Part shown: positions 28,147-38,376 of the stretch, one piece after another
Layout of the letters: each line of letters opens with the position of its first letter
Numbering within the stretch: position 1 is the first letter of the stretch
Assembly: GCA_018695135.1 (NCBI GenBank)
Contig: JABHOV010000059.1
Coordinates: 12,133 to 76,132 of the forward strand
From: Candidatus Melainabacteria bacterium
Lineage (GTDB): Bacteria; Cyanobacteriota; Vampirovibrionia; LMEP-6097
Reading direction: 5' to 3'
Length of the DNA stretch: 64,000 nt
Program-made: the position numbers and the translations under genes
The notes under the pieces: model-generated
Told to the model about the DNA's origin: nothing
The model's database searches: none
The model's input: only the letters and a program-made list of their open reading frames with translations

Positions 28147-29374
28147 TTTAGTACTGGACTTCCTGCGCAAGTTTCGTTTTGCAGGATGTCTGCTGTTCTT
28201 GGTTTTGTTTGTGCTACCGGCGCAAGCACATAAGCCAAGCGAAAGTTTTTTGAAAATCCAAGCTGCTAGTCAAGCAATAACTATTGAGTGGGATGTTGCA
28301 ATTAGAGATTTGGATTATTTGATTGATTTGGATCTGAATAATGATTCTGAGATTAGTGGATTTGAATTTAAAAATCAAGAACAGAAGATCAGAGACTATT
28401 TGTTTTCACAAATTAAACTAGAGGCTTTTTCGAAGCCTGAATCAGTAGCTGCTCATCATCATGCGCATAGTCATGTTCATTCGTCTTCAGCTCATCACCA
28501 CGCGACTGGCTTGAAGAAATGGATAGGAGCTTATTGTAAGAGATCAGAGCAAGTTGACTTGTTGGTAGAAAAACATAGTGAGCTTAGTTATGTTGTTTTA
28601 TTGTTTGATTATCAATGTAGGCTTGAGCTTGATAAATTAAGCGTCGATTATAATTTACTGTTTGATGCTGACCCCGAACATAGGGCTTTAGTGAGTTTGG
28701 ATTATGACGGCAAGGTTCAAAGCTATGCCTTGACCAAAGATCAGCGGTATTTTAAAGCGAAGCTAGGCAATGTTGATTATAAATATCAGTTCTTGAATTT
28801 CTTAGATCAGGGGAAATGGCATATTTGGACTGGTTATGATCATATATTGTTTTTGCTTGCACTTTTATTGCCAGCTGTATTCGTTACAGGTAAAGGGAAG
28901 AAGAGAGAAGTAACTTTGAAATCAGTTTTTTGGACTGTTGTAAAAATAGTTACAGCATTTACAGTTGCACATTCCATTACTCTGTCTCTGGCAGCTTTAG
29001 AGATTGTTGAAGTTAATTCTCGCTTGGTTGAAATTTTAATTGCTTTGTCTGTTGCCTTCAGCGCTTTATTGAATTTAGTCCCTCGATCCCTTTTCTCTCT
29101 TCCCGTTACCCTTCTCCCTTTTTGTTTTGGTTTAATTCATGGCTTCGGTTTTGCTGGAGCTTTGCAAGATATTGGCTTGCCCTTGAAGGCTTTATTAGTT
29201 TCTTTGTTTAGCTTTAATCTTGGAGTGGAGCTTGGGCAGCTTGCAATTGTCGCTTGCTTTGTACCCATTGCCTATTGGCTTAGAGACACCTGGTTCTATC
29301 AGGTTATTGTTTTTAGGCTTGGTTCGCTTGCTATATTTGTGATGGCGATGTGGTGGTTTTTTGAGCGGTTATAG
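28139..29374 (+). CDS. HupE/UreJ-family membrane protein with periplasmic His-rich segment (AAHHHAHSHVHSSSAHHHATG)
   Basis: C-terminal TM region with HGFGFAG motif; signal peptide; overlaps upstream TPR gene. Confidence 0.6.
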   Translation: MISLVLDFLRKFRFAGCLLFLVLFVLPAQAHKPSESFLKIQAASQAITIEWDVAIRDLDYLIDLDLNNDSEISGFEFKNQEQKIRDYLFSQIKLEAFSKPESVAAHHHAHSHVHSSSAHHHATGLKKWIGAYCKRSEQVDLLVEKHSELSYVVLLFDYQCRLELDKLSVDYNLLFDADPEHRALVSLDYDGKVQSYALTKDQRYFKAKLGNVDYKYQFLNFLDQGKWHIWTGYDHILFLLALLLPAVFVTGKGKKREVTLKSVFWTVVKIVTAFTVAHSITLSLAALEIVEVNSRLVEILIALSVAFSALLNLVPRSLFSLPVTLLPFCFGLIHGFGFAGALQDIGLPLKALLVSLFSFNLGVELGQLAIVACFVPIAYWLRDTWFYQVIVFRLGSLAIFVMAMWWFFERL

Positions 29375-29524
29375 GTAAGAAAAAGCTTTAATGAATGTTA
29401 TTGGGGCTTTAATTTTAAGTTGGTTTGTAAGTTTCAGAAGATCCCTGGAAATTACGATGTAATTTCTCAGTGATGTATCGGGGGACACAGGTTTTCATTG
29501 AATCTAGAGTTGGCTGCTACCCCT

Positions 29525-29575
29525 GAAAGGCTTGCGAGTTTTTATGAACCGGAGTTGACTGGAGCCGGAATTGTT
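29525..29575. repeat. Family 5 repeat, reverse orientation (..CCGGAGTTGACTGGAGCCGG..)
   Basis: Matches 34393-34420 and 58024-58046 core ATTGACGGCTCAGTCAACTC. Confidence 0.6.
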
Positions 29576-29618
29576 CAGGGTTGTTGAATACGCATAGTTT
29601 AGACAAGCCGAACTGATA

Positions 29619-29659
29619 CCCCGTAATACGATGAAAAGACGTAACGCAGCAGCTGGGGC
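29619..29659. repeat. Family 6 short repeat CCCCGTAATACGATGAAAAGACGTAACGCAGCAGCTGGGGC
   Basis: Near-identical to reverse complement of 20131-20171. Confidence 0.7.
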
Positions 29660-29672
29660 TTTGCAAGCAGAT

Positions 29673-31142
29673 TTAGTTTGGTGAACCAGGAAGTGGGTCT
29701 ACGAGATAAGGAAAACTAGTATCAAACTGAGTTTCATCATTAAGTGCACCATCAGTATAAGCAAGGTCCTTTGAAGGCGCGTCTGCTATATCAAGCAAGA
29801 CGCCCATTGCAGCTCTTAGGGTAATGTCAATGACATCATCACCAGGTCTGCGTCCATTAGGATAACCAGCATTGTCGCCTGCGATTACGCCGAGGTTGTT
29901 TTGTGAACCGCTTGCGGTGATAGCAGTTGAAGTATTGAGTCTGAGCATCTCAGAAGCTGTAACTCCATCTACCTCATTCAAGCCTGTTACACCAGTCAAG
30001 AAGATTGAAATTAAGTCAGTTCTAGGGAAGAGAGTCGGTGCAGTTACTCCAAACAAGGCTTCAAGAATTGCAGGTATTGTTGGATTAGTTACATAGGTTG
30101 CAAATTGCCCATCGTCTCTTGGTTGAGAACTATTGAATAGATCTTTATCAGGAAGCCCGATTACAACTTCGTTAACTAAAGGAGCGCCAAGGCGAGATAC
30201 TTGAACGAAGGCTGTTGATGAGCCAATTATGTTTTTTAAGAAGCTTGGTTTATTTTTGAGGATTTGTCTAGCTGGAAGGCTAGCAGTCGTCCACGCTCCA
30301 ATAATTGGTTGTTCATCACTTTCTGTTAAACAAATTGTTGGTATTTCAAGAGCGATTGATGTGATGTTTTTATCAGCGGTGTCGCTTGCTTCGCTATCAA
30401 CATCGCCAACTGGGTTGAGATTAACAAGGTCAAAGATTTCTCCTAGGTTAACTTGAAATCCTTCCTTGCGTTGCCCAACAAAAACTCTGCCTGCTGTATC
30501 GCAGCCAGGGATTGTGATGTCATGAATAAAGCTGGCAGCATAAGTTGCATAGTCACTTACTGATTTGTTGCCGATATTGTCTTCTGGTATTGAAAATTCG
30601 GTGATTGAGTTTGTTCCGGTGATTGCTTTAGTTTTGCGTGGTTTGTTTGAGGCAGTGCCATATTTATACGCCGCTCTGCCTTTGATTTGGCCAATTGTGT
30701 AAGTAGAAAGTCTAGAGCGATTGCTCTCGTCTGTTGATGAGAAAGAACCTATATTGGCAAGAGCAATTGAAACTTCTTTGTTATCGATAGTGAGTACTTG
30801 TCCTTTACCTTGGTTGGTTAGTTCGTTTGTAAACTCAAAACGAAAAGTGATGTCTTCTATGGCATCGCCATCGTTATCGATTTTGATGTCATAAAGAGCA
30901 TTTTCGTCGAGCGTAAAATAGTTTGGTCCACCGTAAGCATCTTGTAGTGGGTCGTAATTAGCGACAATCGTAATAAAACCATCACGACCAGTTTCATAAC
31001 TTCTAAATAAGTAGAGATCGGTGCCGTCTACTTTGGGGCTATGAGTGATTTGAGGTGCCTCCCGGTGACTTGAAGCCATCACCGAGAGGTTGGTTCCAAT
31101 CATCATTAGGAGAGCTAGTACAACAGAAAATAGTTTATTCAT
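29673..31142 (-). CDS. DUF4331 family secreted protein (start moved to MNKLFSVVLALLMMIG)
   Basis: SSHREAP motif directly after signal peptide, characteristic of DUF4331. Confidence 0.75.
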   Translation of the reverse strand: MNKLFSVVLALLMMIGTNLSVMASSHREAPQITHSPKVDGTDLYLFRSYETGRDGFITIVANYDPLQDAYGGPNYFTLDENALYDIKIDNDGDAIEDITFRFEFTNELTNQGKGQVLTIDNKEVSIALANIGSFSSTDESNRSRLSTYTIGQIKGRAAYKYGTASNKPRKTKAITGTNSITEFSIPEDNIGNKSVSDYATYAASFIHDITIPGCDTAGRVFVGQRKEGFQVNLGEIFDLVNLNPVGDVDSEASDTADKNITSIALEIPTICLTESDEQPIIGAWTTASLPARQILKNKPSFLKNIIGSSTAFVQVSRLGAPLVNEVVIGLPDKDLFNSSQPRDDGQFATYVTNPTIPAILEALFGVTAPTLFPRTDLISIFLTGVTGLNEVDGVTASEMLRLNTSTAITASGSQNNLGVIAGDNAGYPNGRRPGDDVIDITLRAAMGVLLDIADAPSKDLAYTDGALNDETQFDTSFPYLVDPLPGSPN

Positions 31143-31162
31143 TATATAAAATCCTAACACAG

Positions 31163-31352
31163 CCACCCACGTTGAGCCTTCAGATAAGATCCCACCCGCT
31201 GCGTGACATACGCCACTTTTAAGATAAATCGTCTACACAATGGTATTTCTCTGTTGAGTCAGTTTTAGATATCATTTATCTTAAAAGTGGCGTATGTCAC
31301 GCAGCGGGTGGGATCTTATCTCAAAAAGTGGTAAAGGTTGAGACGTGGGTGG
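31163..31352. repeat. Family 4 palindromic element, copy B (~190 bp): termini CCACCCACGTTGAGCCTT / AAGGTTGAGACGTGGGTGG, 49-bp inner inverted repeat
   Basis: Read in sequence; shares 18-bp termini with 5911-6032. Confidence 0.85.
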
Positions 31353-31373
31353 CTAGTGCTATTATTTATTGCT

Positions 31374-32960
31374 ATGTTTGACTCCCTCTCAGGCAATTTG
31401 CAAGATACATTACAGAAACTTCGTGGTCAGGACAAAATCACTGAAGCCAATATTGATAGTAGTCTTGAAGAAATTAGGCGCCAGCTCTTAGAAGCTGATG
31501 TTTCACTCAAGGCTGTCAAATTATTTATTTCGAGAGTTCGCAGAGAAGCCCTAAATGAAAAAGTTTTGCGTGGAGTTAAGCCAGGTGAGCAATTTATAAA
31601 AATAGTTTATGAAGCCTTGGTTGAAAGATTGGGCGGTCAAGTAGAAGTTGATTCCGATAAGCAACAAAAGGTTCCCCTTGCTGAAACTATAGGTTTATCA
31701 AGTGATTCAGGGACTCAATCAATGTTGCTTTTGGGACTTCAAGGCGCAGGTAAAACTACCGCTGCTGCCAAGCTTGCGTTTAATCTCAAAAAAGAAGGTA
31801 AGAATCCTTTGTTAGTTCCTTGTGATTTGCAAAGACCTGCTGCTGTTAGACAATTGCAGATTCTTGCTGAGCAGGCGGAAGTAGATTTTCTCAATGTTAT
31901 TGCAGCCGATGGAAAAGGTTATATCGTTAAGAGCCCACTTGAGCTTTCCAAACTAGCCAAAACCCAAGCAGCCGCAAACAATAATGATGTCTTGATTTTT
32001 GATACTGCCGGACGTTTGCAAGTTGATACTGACTTGATGGCTGAGCTTTTGCTTTTAGAAAAACAAGTTGCAGCTAGTTCTAAATTATTAGTAATTGATT
32101 CTTTGATTGGACAAGAAGCAGCCAATGTCGCTGACAGTTTTCATACACAAATTGGCATCACTGGAATCATGCTCACTAAGATGGACGCAGATACCAGAGG
32201 GGGCGCGGCGCTTTCTGTTGTTGAAGCAACTGGTCAACCAATTAAGCTCGCTTCAACTGGCGAGAAACTAGAAGACCTTGAGGTCTTTTACCCTGACAGA
32301 GTGGCTTCGCGCCTTCTTGGGATGGGTGATGTGCTGAGTTTGGTGGAACGTGCTGAGGAGCAAATAAACGAAGAAGAATCCAAAAAACTTGAAGCTGAGT
32401 TGATGAAAGGCAATTTCAATTATGAGACTTTCCTTGGTTTTCAAAACATGATGTCCAAGCTCGGAGATTTTGGGCAGATATTTCAGATGATGGGAATGGG
32501 CGGTATGCTCTCTCAGTTTGGGCTCAAGTCTGCTGATCAAGGTGCTGTTCTTAGTCAAACTCAAAACAAAATGGTCAAGTTTAAAATTGCCATCAATAGT
32601 ATGACCAAACAAGAACGCAAACAAGTTGATTTGCTTGCTACTGACACGACAGCAAAATCACGTCGTGCCAGAATCACTCGCGGTTCTGGTCTTAAAGAAG
32701 CTGATATAGATCAACTCATAAAAGAATTTGGGCAGATGTCGAAAACCTTCAAAAAAATAGGTCCAATGATGAGCATGATGCAACAGAGTGGCGGGCAGAT
32801 GGATCCAAAACAAATGATGGGGCAAATGGCTGGAGCTAGTATGTCTAAACAACAGCAAAAAGCTATGAAAGCTAAAGGAATGCTGCCTGGCAAAGCCAAG
32901 AATCCTGGTGTGAAAATGAAAAAGGGTGTGAAACCTGCAGTTAAGGGTTTTAGGGATTAA
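31374..32960 (+). CDS. ffh: Signal recognition particle protein Ffh (start moved to MFDSLSGNLQ; long Met-rich C-terminal tail)
   Basis: N domain, GLQGAGKTT G-domain, M-domain methionine bristles. Confidence 0.9.
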   Translation: MFDSLSGNLQDTLQKLRGQDKITEANIDSSLEEIRRQLLEADVSLKAVKLFISRVRREALNEKVLRGVKPGEQFIKIVYEALVERLGGQVEVDSDKQQKVPLAETIGLSSDSGTQSMLLLGLQGAGKTTAAAKLAFNLKKEGKNPLLVPCDLQRPAAVRQLQILAEQAEVDFLNVIAADGKGYIVKSPLELSKLAKTQAAANNNDVLIFDTAGRLQVDTDLMAELLLLEKQVAASSKLLVIDSLIGQEAANVADSFHTQIGITGIMLTKMDADTRGGAALSVVEATGQPIKLASTGEKLEDLEVFYPDRVASRLLGMGDVLSLVERAEEQINEEESKKLEAELMKGNFNYETFLGFQNMMSKLGDFGQIFQMMGMGGMLSQFGLKSADQGAVLSQTQNKMVKFKIAINSMTKQERKQVDLLATDTTAKSRRARITRGSGLKEADIDQLIKEFGQMSKTFKKIGPMMSMMQQSGGQMDPKQMMGQMAGASMSKQQQKAMKAKGMLPGKAKNPGVKMKKGVKPAVKGFRD

Positions 32961-33080
32961 GGAACTAAATCCCCCCTCAGCAGTCTTTAAACTAGGTCCT
33001 AAAAATGGGCTTAAAAATCTTTTAGAAAAATGTCAAGTTCTGCCTTGACGACCTAGTGTTTTACATATACGCTAGGTCTT

Positions 33081-34340
33081 ATGGAATATACACAACAAGG
33101 TTTAGTAGGGGCGGATATCAAAGTTATAGGTGCAGGCGGCGCAGGCTCAAATGCCGTAAATGGGATGATCGCAAACGGTCTAACCAATATTGAGTTTTGG
33201 GTAGCCAATACTGATAGACAAGCTCTAGAAGTTTCTCAAACTGCAAACAAAATTCAACTTGGCGAGAAATTAACTCGCGGACTTGGAGCTGGTGGAAACC
33301 CAGAAACAGGTAAATTGGCTGCTGAAGAAAGCCATGAAATTATTTCTCAAGCCATTGATGGAGCGGATATGATATTTATTACTGCTGGAATGGGCGGTGG
33401 AACTGGAACAGGTAGTGCTGCTGTTATCGCTGACGTTGCTAGAGAAAAGGGCATTCTTACTGTTGGTGTTGTAACAAAACCATTTAGTTTTGAAGGACGT
33501 CGCAGAGTTAAACTTGCGGAAGAAGGTATCAAACAACTTAGAGACAAGGTTGATGCTTTAATTGTTATTCCTAACGATAGATTATTAGAAATTACTGAAC
33601 GACAAACTAGCATGACTGAAGCTTTTGCTCTTGCTGATAATGTTTTACTACAAGGTGTCCAAGGTATTAGTGACATCATTCAAGTTCCTGGTCTTATCAA
33701 TGTTGATTTTGCTGATGTTAAGTCAATCATGTTCAACGCGGGTAATGCAATTATGGGAATGGGTAGAGCAAGTGGTGAAGGTAGAGCGGTTGCTGCTGCT
33801 AAGCAGGCTGTGAATTCTCCATTACTTGAGGATTCGATTGCCGGTGCAACTGGAATCATTTTCAATGTTACTGGTGGTAAAGACCTTACTCTTCATGAAG
33901 TGAATGAAGCTGCTGAGTCAATCTATGAAGATGTTAAAGAAGATGCCAATATTATTGTTGGTGCTGTTATCGACGAAAAACTTCAAGGGGAAATTCAGAT
34001 TACTGTTATTGCAACTGGTTTTAAAGCAGTCGAAAAAACTGATACTCTTGCTCAAGCCACTGGTGAAAAAGAAAAAACTCCTTTTTACCTCAACTTTGGT
34101 GGTAACTTCGGTTCAGCTGCTAAAGCTAAGCCACAATTGCAAAATCAAGCTAAGACAGCAACAAGTCCAAACAATATGTTTTTCTCTAATCCAACTAGGA
34201 ATGAAGAACCTGCTTTGGAAGCGCAAGTTGATACTGAAATGAAGGTTCGTTCTCAGACTAGTTCTGCTCCTGCTACTCCTGCGAGCAGCAAGTTTACAGG
34301 GAATGTTGATATTCCGGACTTCCTACGCATGAAAAAATAA
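33081..34340 (+). CDS. ftsZ: Cell division GTPase FtsZ
   Basis: GGGTGTG tubulin signature and NTDRQALE T7 loop. Confidence 0.95.
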   Translation: MEYTQQGLVGADIKVIGAGGAGSNAVNGMIANGLTNIEFWVANTDRQALEVSQTANKIQLGEKLTRGLGAGGNPETGKLAAEESHEIISQAIDGADMIFITAGMGGGTGTGSAAVIADVAREKGILTVGVVTKPFSFEGRRRVKLAEEGIKQLRDKVDALIVIPNDRLLEITERQTSMTEAFALADNVLLQGVQGISDIIQVPGLINVDFADVKSIMFNAGNAIMGMGRASGEGRAVAAAKQAVNSPLLEDSIAGATGIIFNVTGGKDLTLHEVNEAAESIYEDVKEDANIIVGAVIDEKLQGEIQITVIATGFKAVEKTDTLAQATGEKEKTPFYLNFGGNFGSAAKAKPQLQNQAKTATSPNNMFFSNPTRNEEPALEAQVDTEMKVRSQTSSAPATPASSKFTGNVDIPDFLRMKK

Positions 34341-34380
34341 CTAGCTCTGGGCTAATTTCCTCAAGGACTGCGTTTTCGTC

Positions 34381-34445
34381 GATTTTTGACATCCTTATTG
34401 ACGGCTCAGTCAACTCCGGTGTCAAAAATCTCCTCAGCCTTGTCT
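34381..34445. repeat. Family 5 repeat with nested inverted repeat GATTTTTGACA..TGTCAAAAATC
   Basis: Core ATTGACGGCTCAGTCAACTC shared with 58027-58046. Confidence 0.65.
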
Positions 34446-34472
34446 TTGAGAAAATTATCACCATCGCTTAGT

Positions 34473-35663
34473 ATGCTACTTCAATCTTCTTATTACTGTT
34501 TTCTCGCTTTCATCGCGTCAAGCTTTTTTAGTCCGACAGCTAGAACTATTTTCTTAGTTGCTGGATTGCTTTTGTGGGCTATTGCGTCGTGGCGAGAGCC
34601 AACAACATTTGCGTCAATCCAAGCTGGTCTTAGTAAGGACTTACAAGTATTAAACAGGCTGTTCATTATATATATTTGTGTCAATTCTGTTCTTGCGTAT
34701 ATGCATGACTTGAGTATTTTTGCCTGGATCAAAACATTGCTGGGTACTTATGCTCAATGGTTTTGGGCACTTGCTTTATTGGCTGGTCTCAAGTTTGATT
34801 TTCAAAACAAAATCAGGTTAACTGTAATTGGAGTATCATCATTTACTAGTGTGCTGATCGTGTTGCAGCTGATTGGTTTAGTACCGATGGTTGGAGATTA
34901 TTATGGAGTTTTGTCTCAGGCTTTTACTAGTTCTGGGATGATTTTGGTTGGTTTGTTTTTGAGCTTGGCTCAGTTTAAATCTATTCCTTCTACTAATAGA
35001 CTTACTGAGAAAGCCCCCTTTACTAATGGAACTAGTGCGCCGCACCGTTCCGACAATTACCGCTTTGCTTTTGGACTAGCCTCTTTTGTGCAACTGATCG
35101 CATTATTCGCTCTAGGACAGCGTTCTGTCTGGGCAGGTTTGATTTTGTCTCTATTGTTTTATTTGATTATGACTAAGCAATATCTCAAAAAGAGTTTTTG
35201 GCTTGCCTTGGTTCTTTTGATACTAACTGGCAGTTTTGTGATTTCAAGTTCTGAGCGTGTCGGTCGTAAAGTTGAGCGTTTTGCAAATCCTCATTATTGG
35301 ACTCAGGCTAACAGTATTAAAGTCAGACAAGAACTGTGGCAGATTAATAAAGAGGCGTGGCAAGCTAAGCCATTGACCGGAATTAATGAAATCATTAAGC
35401 ATGAGGGATTGAGGCATGCACACAATATTTATTTCCAGCAACTTTATACTGGTGGCTGGCTTAGATTTATTGCTTGGTTGAGTTTTTATTTAGTCGCGGG
35501 ATTCTTTTTGTTTCGTCGAATTACAACAGCGCCTGAGTTTTTTGCTATCTATATTGCGCTGAGTGCAGAAGGAGTTTTGGAGAATTGGTGGGGAGATAGC
35601 GAGGTTCTGAGCTTGTTTTTAGTGGCTTTGATATTGGGATTGGGGAAGAAATATAAGGAATAG
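34473..35663 (+). CDS. O-antigen ligase (WaaL/Wzy_C) family membrane protein; start moved past the repeat
   Basis: ~10 TM helices and AHNIYFQQL motif in periplasmic loop. Confidence 0.5.
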   Translation: MLLQSSYYCFLAFIASSFFSPTARTIFLVAGLLLWAIASWREPTTFASIQAGLSKDLQVLNRLFIIYICVNSVLAYMHDLSIFAWIKTLLGTYAQWFWALALLAGLKFDFQNKIRLTVIGVSSFTSVLIVLQLIGLVPMVGDYYGVLSQAFTSSGMILVGLFLSLAQFKSIPSTNRLTEKAPFTNGTSAPHRSDNYRFAFGLASFVQLIALFALGQRSVWAGLILSLLFYLIMTKQYLKKSFWLALVLLILTGSFVISSSERVGRKVERFANPHYWTQANSIKVRQELWQINKEAWQAKPLTGINEIIKHEGLRHAHNIYFQQLYTGGWLRFIAWLSFYLVAGFFLFRRITTAPEFFAIYIALSAEGVLENWWGDSEVLSLFLVALILGLGKKYKE

Positions 35664-35723
35664 CTTGAAAAACTATTTATTTAGCGCCCTGCTTGTTACA
35701 ATAACAATCAGGACTAAATAATA

Positions 35724-36665
35724 ATGTCAATCGAAGCACTTACTAGACTTAATAACTTATCAACCTTGTTTGGCCGTTATGGACAAACGCAAGGATTGCA
35801 ATTACCAGATTCCGTTAAGCAACTCTCAAGTTCAGCAGGAATTGCTTTGGCGAAAGCTGTTGAGAGTATTCAAACCGAAAGCACAGCAACTACTTCACCT
35901 GCGTCTGGTGTTCGCTTGGCTTTTGCTAATTTAGGTTCAAGATTTGTAAACTATTTAAGAGATTTGCAAGAATCAGACAAAAACAAGGGTTTAGATCAAA
36001 CGTTAAATAGTACACTTTTTAAATTTCCTACTTTGAAACATACACAAAGAGACGTATTGAATGCTAAGGCCAAAGAAATTGCAAGAAAAATTAAGGCTTA
36101 TGATTATACTGGTGCTCATCCTAAGATATTAGAGCGTATTGAAGAGATTCATCGCTTACTCGAATGGTATCAAGAAGGTCACAGTAAAAATCTTCTTGAA
36201 AAAGAATTTGGTGTTAAAGAAGGTCAATTAGCTAATTATATTTTTGAAATGCTTGGCAAGGCTGATGAAAAACAAACCCCAGCAAGGGATATTATAATTG
36301 AATTAGCGTCTCGGGATGTACAGGGTACAAGACATGATTATGCAGGTCTTGCTACAGACAAGTCTAATCTCAAGCATCATGTTAGATTTCTTGATAAATT
36401 AGAAGCAGCTTTAGAACGTACTGATTTGCCACCAAACACTCGTAATAAATTATCTGCAATGAAGGAATATGCTTTTGCTTCAGCTGAATCATGTGTTAAA
36501 GAGATAACGGTGACACATGCAACGAGTAGACCGTCAATTTATGCATGGATTCAACGTTGGAATGAAAGAACAGCTGGAGATCCAGAGAAGTTTTTTGTCA
36601 AAGATTGGACTACGGTACAAAGACCAGTTGTAGAAGAAGCTAGAGTGTCAGCAGCAACTCTTTAA
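35724..36665 (+). CDS. Hypothetical protein 313 aa
   Basis: ORF only. Confidence 0.4.
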   Translation: MSIEALTRLNNLSTLFGRYGQTQGLQLPDSVKQLSSSAGIALAKAVESIQTESTATTSPASGVRLAFANLGSRFVNYLRDLQESDKNKGLDQTLNSTLFKFPTLKHTQRDVLNAKAKEIARKIKAYDYTGAHPKILERIEEIHRLLEWYQEGHSKNLLEKEFGVKEGQLANYIFEMLGKADEKQTPARDIIIELASRDVQGTRHDYAGLATDKSNLKHHVRFLDKLEAALERTDLPPNTRNKLSAMKEYAFASAESCVKEITVTHATSRPSIYAWIQRWNERTAGDPEKFFVKDWTTVQRPVVEEARVSAATL

Positions 36666-36685
36666 ATCCAAGTTAGAATATAAGA

Positions 36686-38338
36686 ATGTCAGTCCTGGGG
36701 CTAAGATATTTCACAGCTTTATTATTAATACTTTACTTAAGTTCTTGTAGCTTATTCCAGAAACCAATTGCAGCTGTAACTGGTGATCCACTTGCCACAG
36801 AAGCTGCTACCAAGATTTTGAAACAAGGTGGTACGGCTGCTGATGCCTTTATCACAGCGGTTTTGGTGCTTACTAACGTTGAGCCGCAAGCCTCTGGTTT
36901 AGGTGGTGGATTTTTTGCGATTTATTATGATGCCAAAGCTAAAAGAACCTATGCTCTTGACGCTAGAGAAGAGCAACCACGTAATCTAAGCCAGGATATA
37001 TTTTGGGATTATTCTCGGGGCAAGCCCAAGCTGGGATGGTTTACTAGTGGCGCTAGTATTGGAGTGCCTGGAGTTGCTGATGGTATGGCTGTTTTGCATA
37101 AGCATTTTGGTAAACTTGGTCGAGACGAGATTGTTCAACCAGCACTCGCAATTGCAGAGAATGGCTTTGAAGTGACGGAGTATTTTTATATGCTCTTGCA
37201 AAAATATTCAGACTTGCATCCATGGGGAGATTATCAAATTGGTGATCAGTTTATTAATAAGGATTACGCTGGGACACTCAAGTTGCTTGCCGTTAATGGT
37301 TTTGAAGCCTTTTATAATGGGGCTTTGGCTGAAGCGATAGTCCAGCTTGGTCAGGAAGGTAAGATGCCTAGTGCCATGGATATTGATGACCTCAAGAACT
37401 ATAGAGCAGTTTTTCGCCAGCCGCAAATCTATAACTACGGGCAGTATCAAATAGTGAGTATTGGTTCACCGAGTTCAGGTTCTTCTACTTTGTATCGTAT
37501 TTTTGATTTGGTTTTTGCTGGTATTGATGAATATAAAGCGATTGATGCATCTTACAAAATACGGAACACAAGTTTTGGAGACGAGGATTTTACTGAAAGT
37601 GAATGTCGAGTGAAGGAAGATGCTTTTGAGAATTTGAGTGAGCTTGATAGTTTTACTAGTTCCGTTAGTGAAGAGCAAGGGGACTTTGCTAGTGAGTTGC
37701 ATGAGGAAAAAGGCACCACTCATATTGCTATCACTGATCGTTATGGTAATGCAATTAGCGGGACAGTAACTATTCAGAGTGCCTTTGGCAGTGGGCGTTT
37801 GCTGCCAGGCTATGGTTTTCTTTTGAATAATGAGTTGAGTGATTTTGATCCTAAGCGCGGTAAATGTAATTCAATTCAAAGCTGGCGTAGATTACGTGCC
37901 GGTGCAATTGGACTAACGAGTGATGGGCAAGAAGCTAACAAGACTTATGGTGCTAAGAGACCAAGGTCGTCTATGACACCGATGATAGTTTTTGAAGCTC
38001 AAGCAGAACGCGAGATTGATAGTTTGGAAGCTGAGCCAGATGAAACTAATGCTGGGATATCTAGTTTGTCTAAGCCGGTTATGATATTGGGTGCGTCAGG
38101 TGGTTGGACTATTATTAATTCGGTTTATCAGGTTTTTACTAACATAATTGATAGTGATATGAATCTAGAAGCTGCAATTCAAGCTCCTCGTGTTTTTATT
38201 AAGGGTGATGGCAAGCTTTATGATGAGTCTGAACTGAGCTTTCCGACAGCCGTCAACGGCATTGTGATTAACGGCAATGATTTATCTGCCTATGCCGATA
38301 AACGCAAGAACGGTTCAGCGCAAGTAGATTTGTTTTGA
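36686..38338 (+). CDS. ggt: Gamma-glutamyltranspeptidase, lipoprotein
   Basis: Autoprocessing TTH site and GSG..FLLNNE..DF motifs; lipobox LSSCS. Confidence 0.85.
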   Translation: MSVLGLRYFTALLLILYLSSCSLFQKPIAAVTGDPLATEAATKILKQGGTAADAFITAVLVLTNVEPQASGLGGGFFAIYYDAKAKRTYALDAREEQPRNLSQDIFWDYSRGKPKLGWFTSGASIGVPGVADGMAVLHKHFGKLGRDEIVQPALAIAENGFEVTEYFYMLLQKYSDLHPWGDYQIGDQFINKDYAGTLKLLAVNGFEAFYNGALAEAIVQLGQEGKMPSAMDIDDLKNYRAVFRQPQIYNYGQYQIVSIGSPSSGSSTLYRIFDLVFAGIDEYKAIDASYKIRNTSFGDEDFTESECRVKEDAFENLSELDSFTSSVSEEQGDFASELHEEKGTTHIAITDRYGNAISGTVTIQSAFGSGRLLPGYGFLLNNELSDFDPKRGKCNSIQSWRRLRAGAIGLTSDGQEANKTYGAKRPRSSMTPMIVFEAQAEREIDSLEAEPDETNAGISSLSKPVMILGASGGWTIINSVYQVFTNIIDSDMNLEAAIQAPRVFIKGDGKLYDESELSFPTAVNGIVINGNDLSAYADKRKNGSAQVDLF

Positions 38339-38376
38339 AATGTTCAAGAGCAAGGCTAATGCTAAAATAATAGTGT

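Noticed and set aside
32961-33080. Possible ftsZ promoter TTGACG..TATACG.
   Set aside because: Spacing and the -10 match are poor, so it is not reported as a feature.
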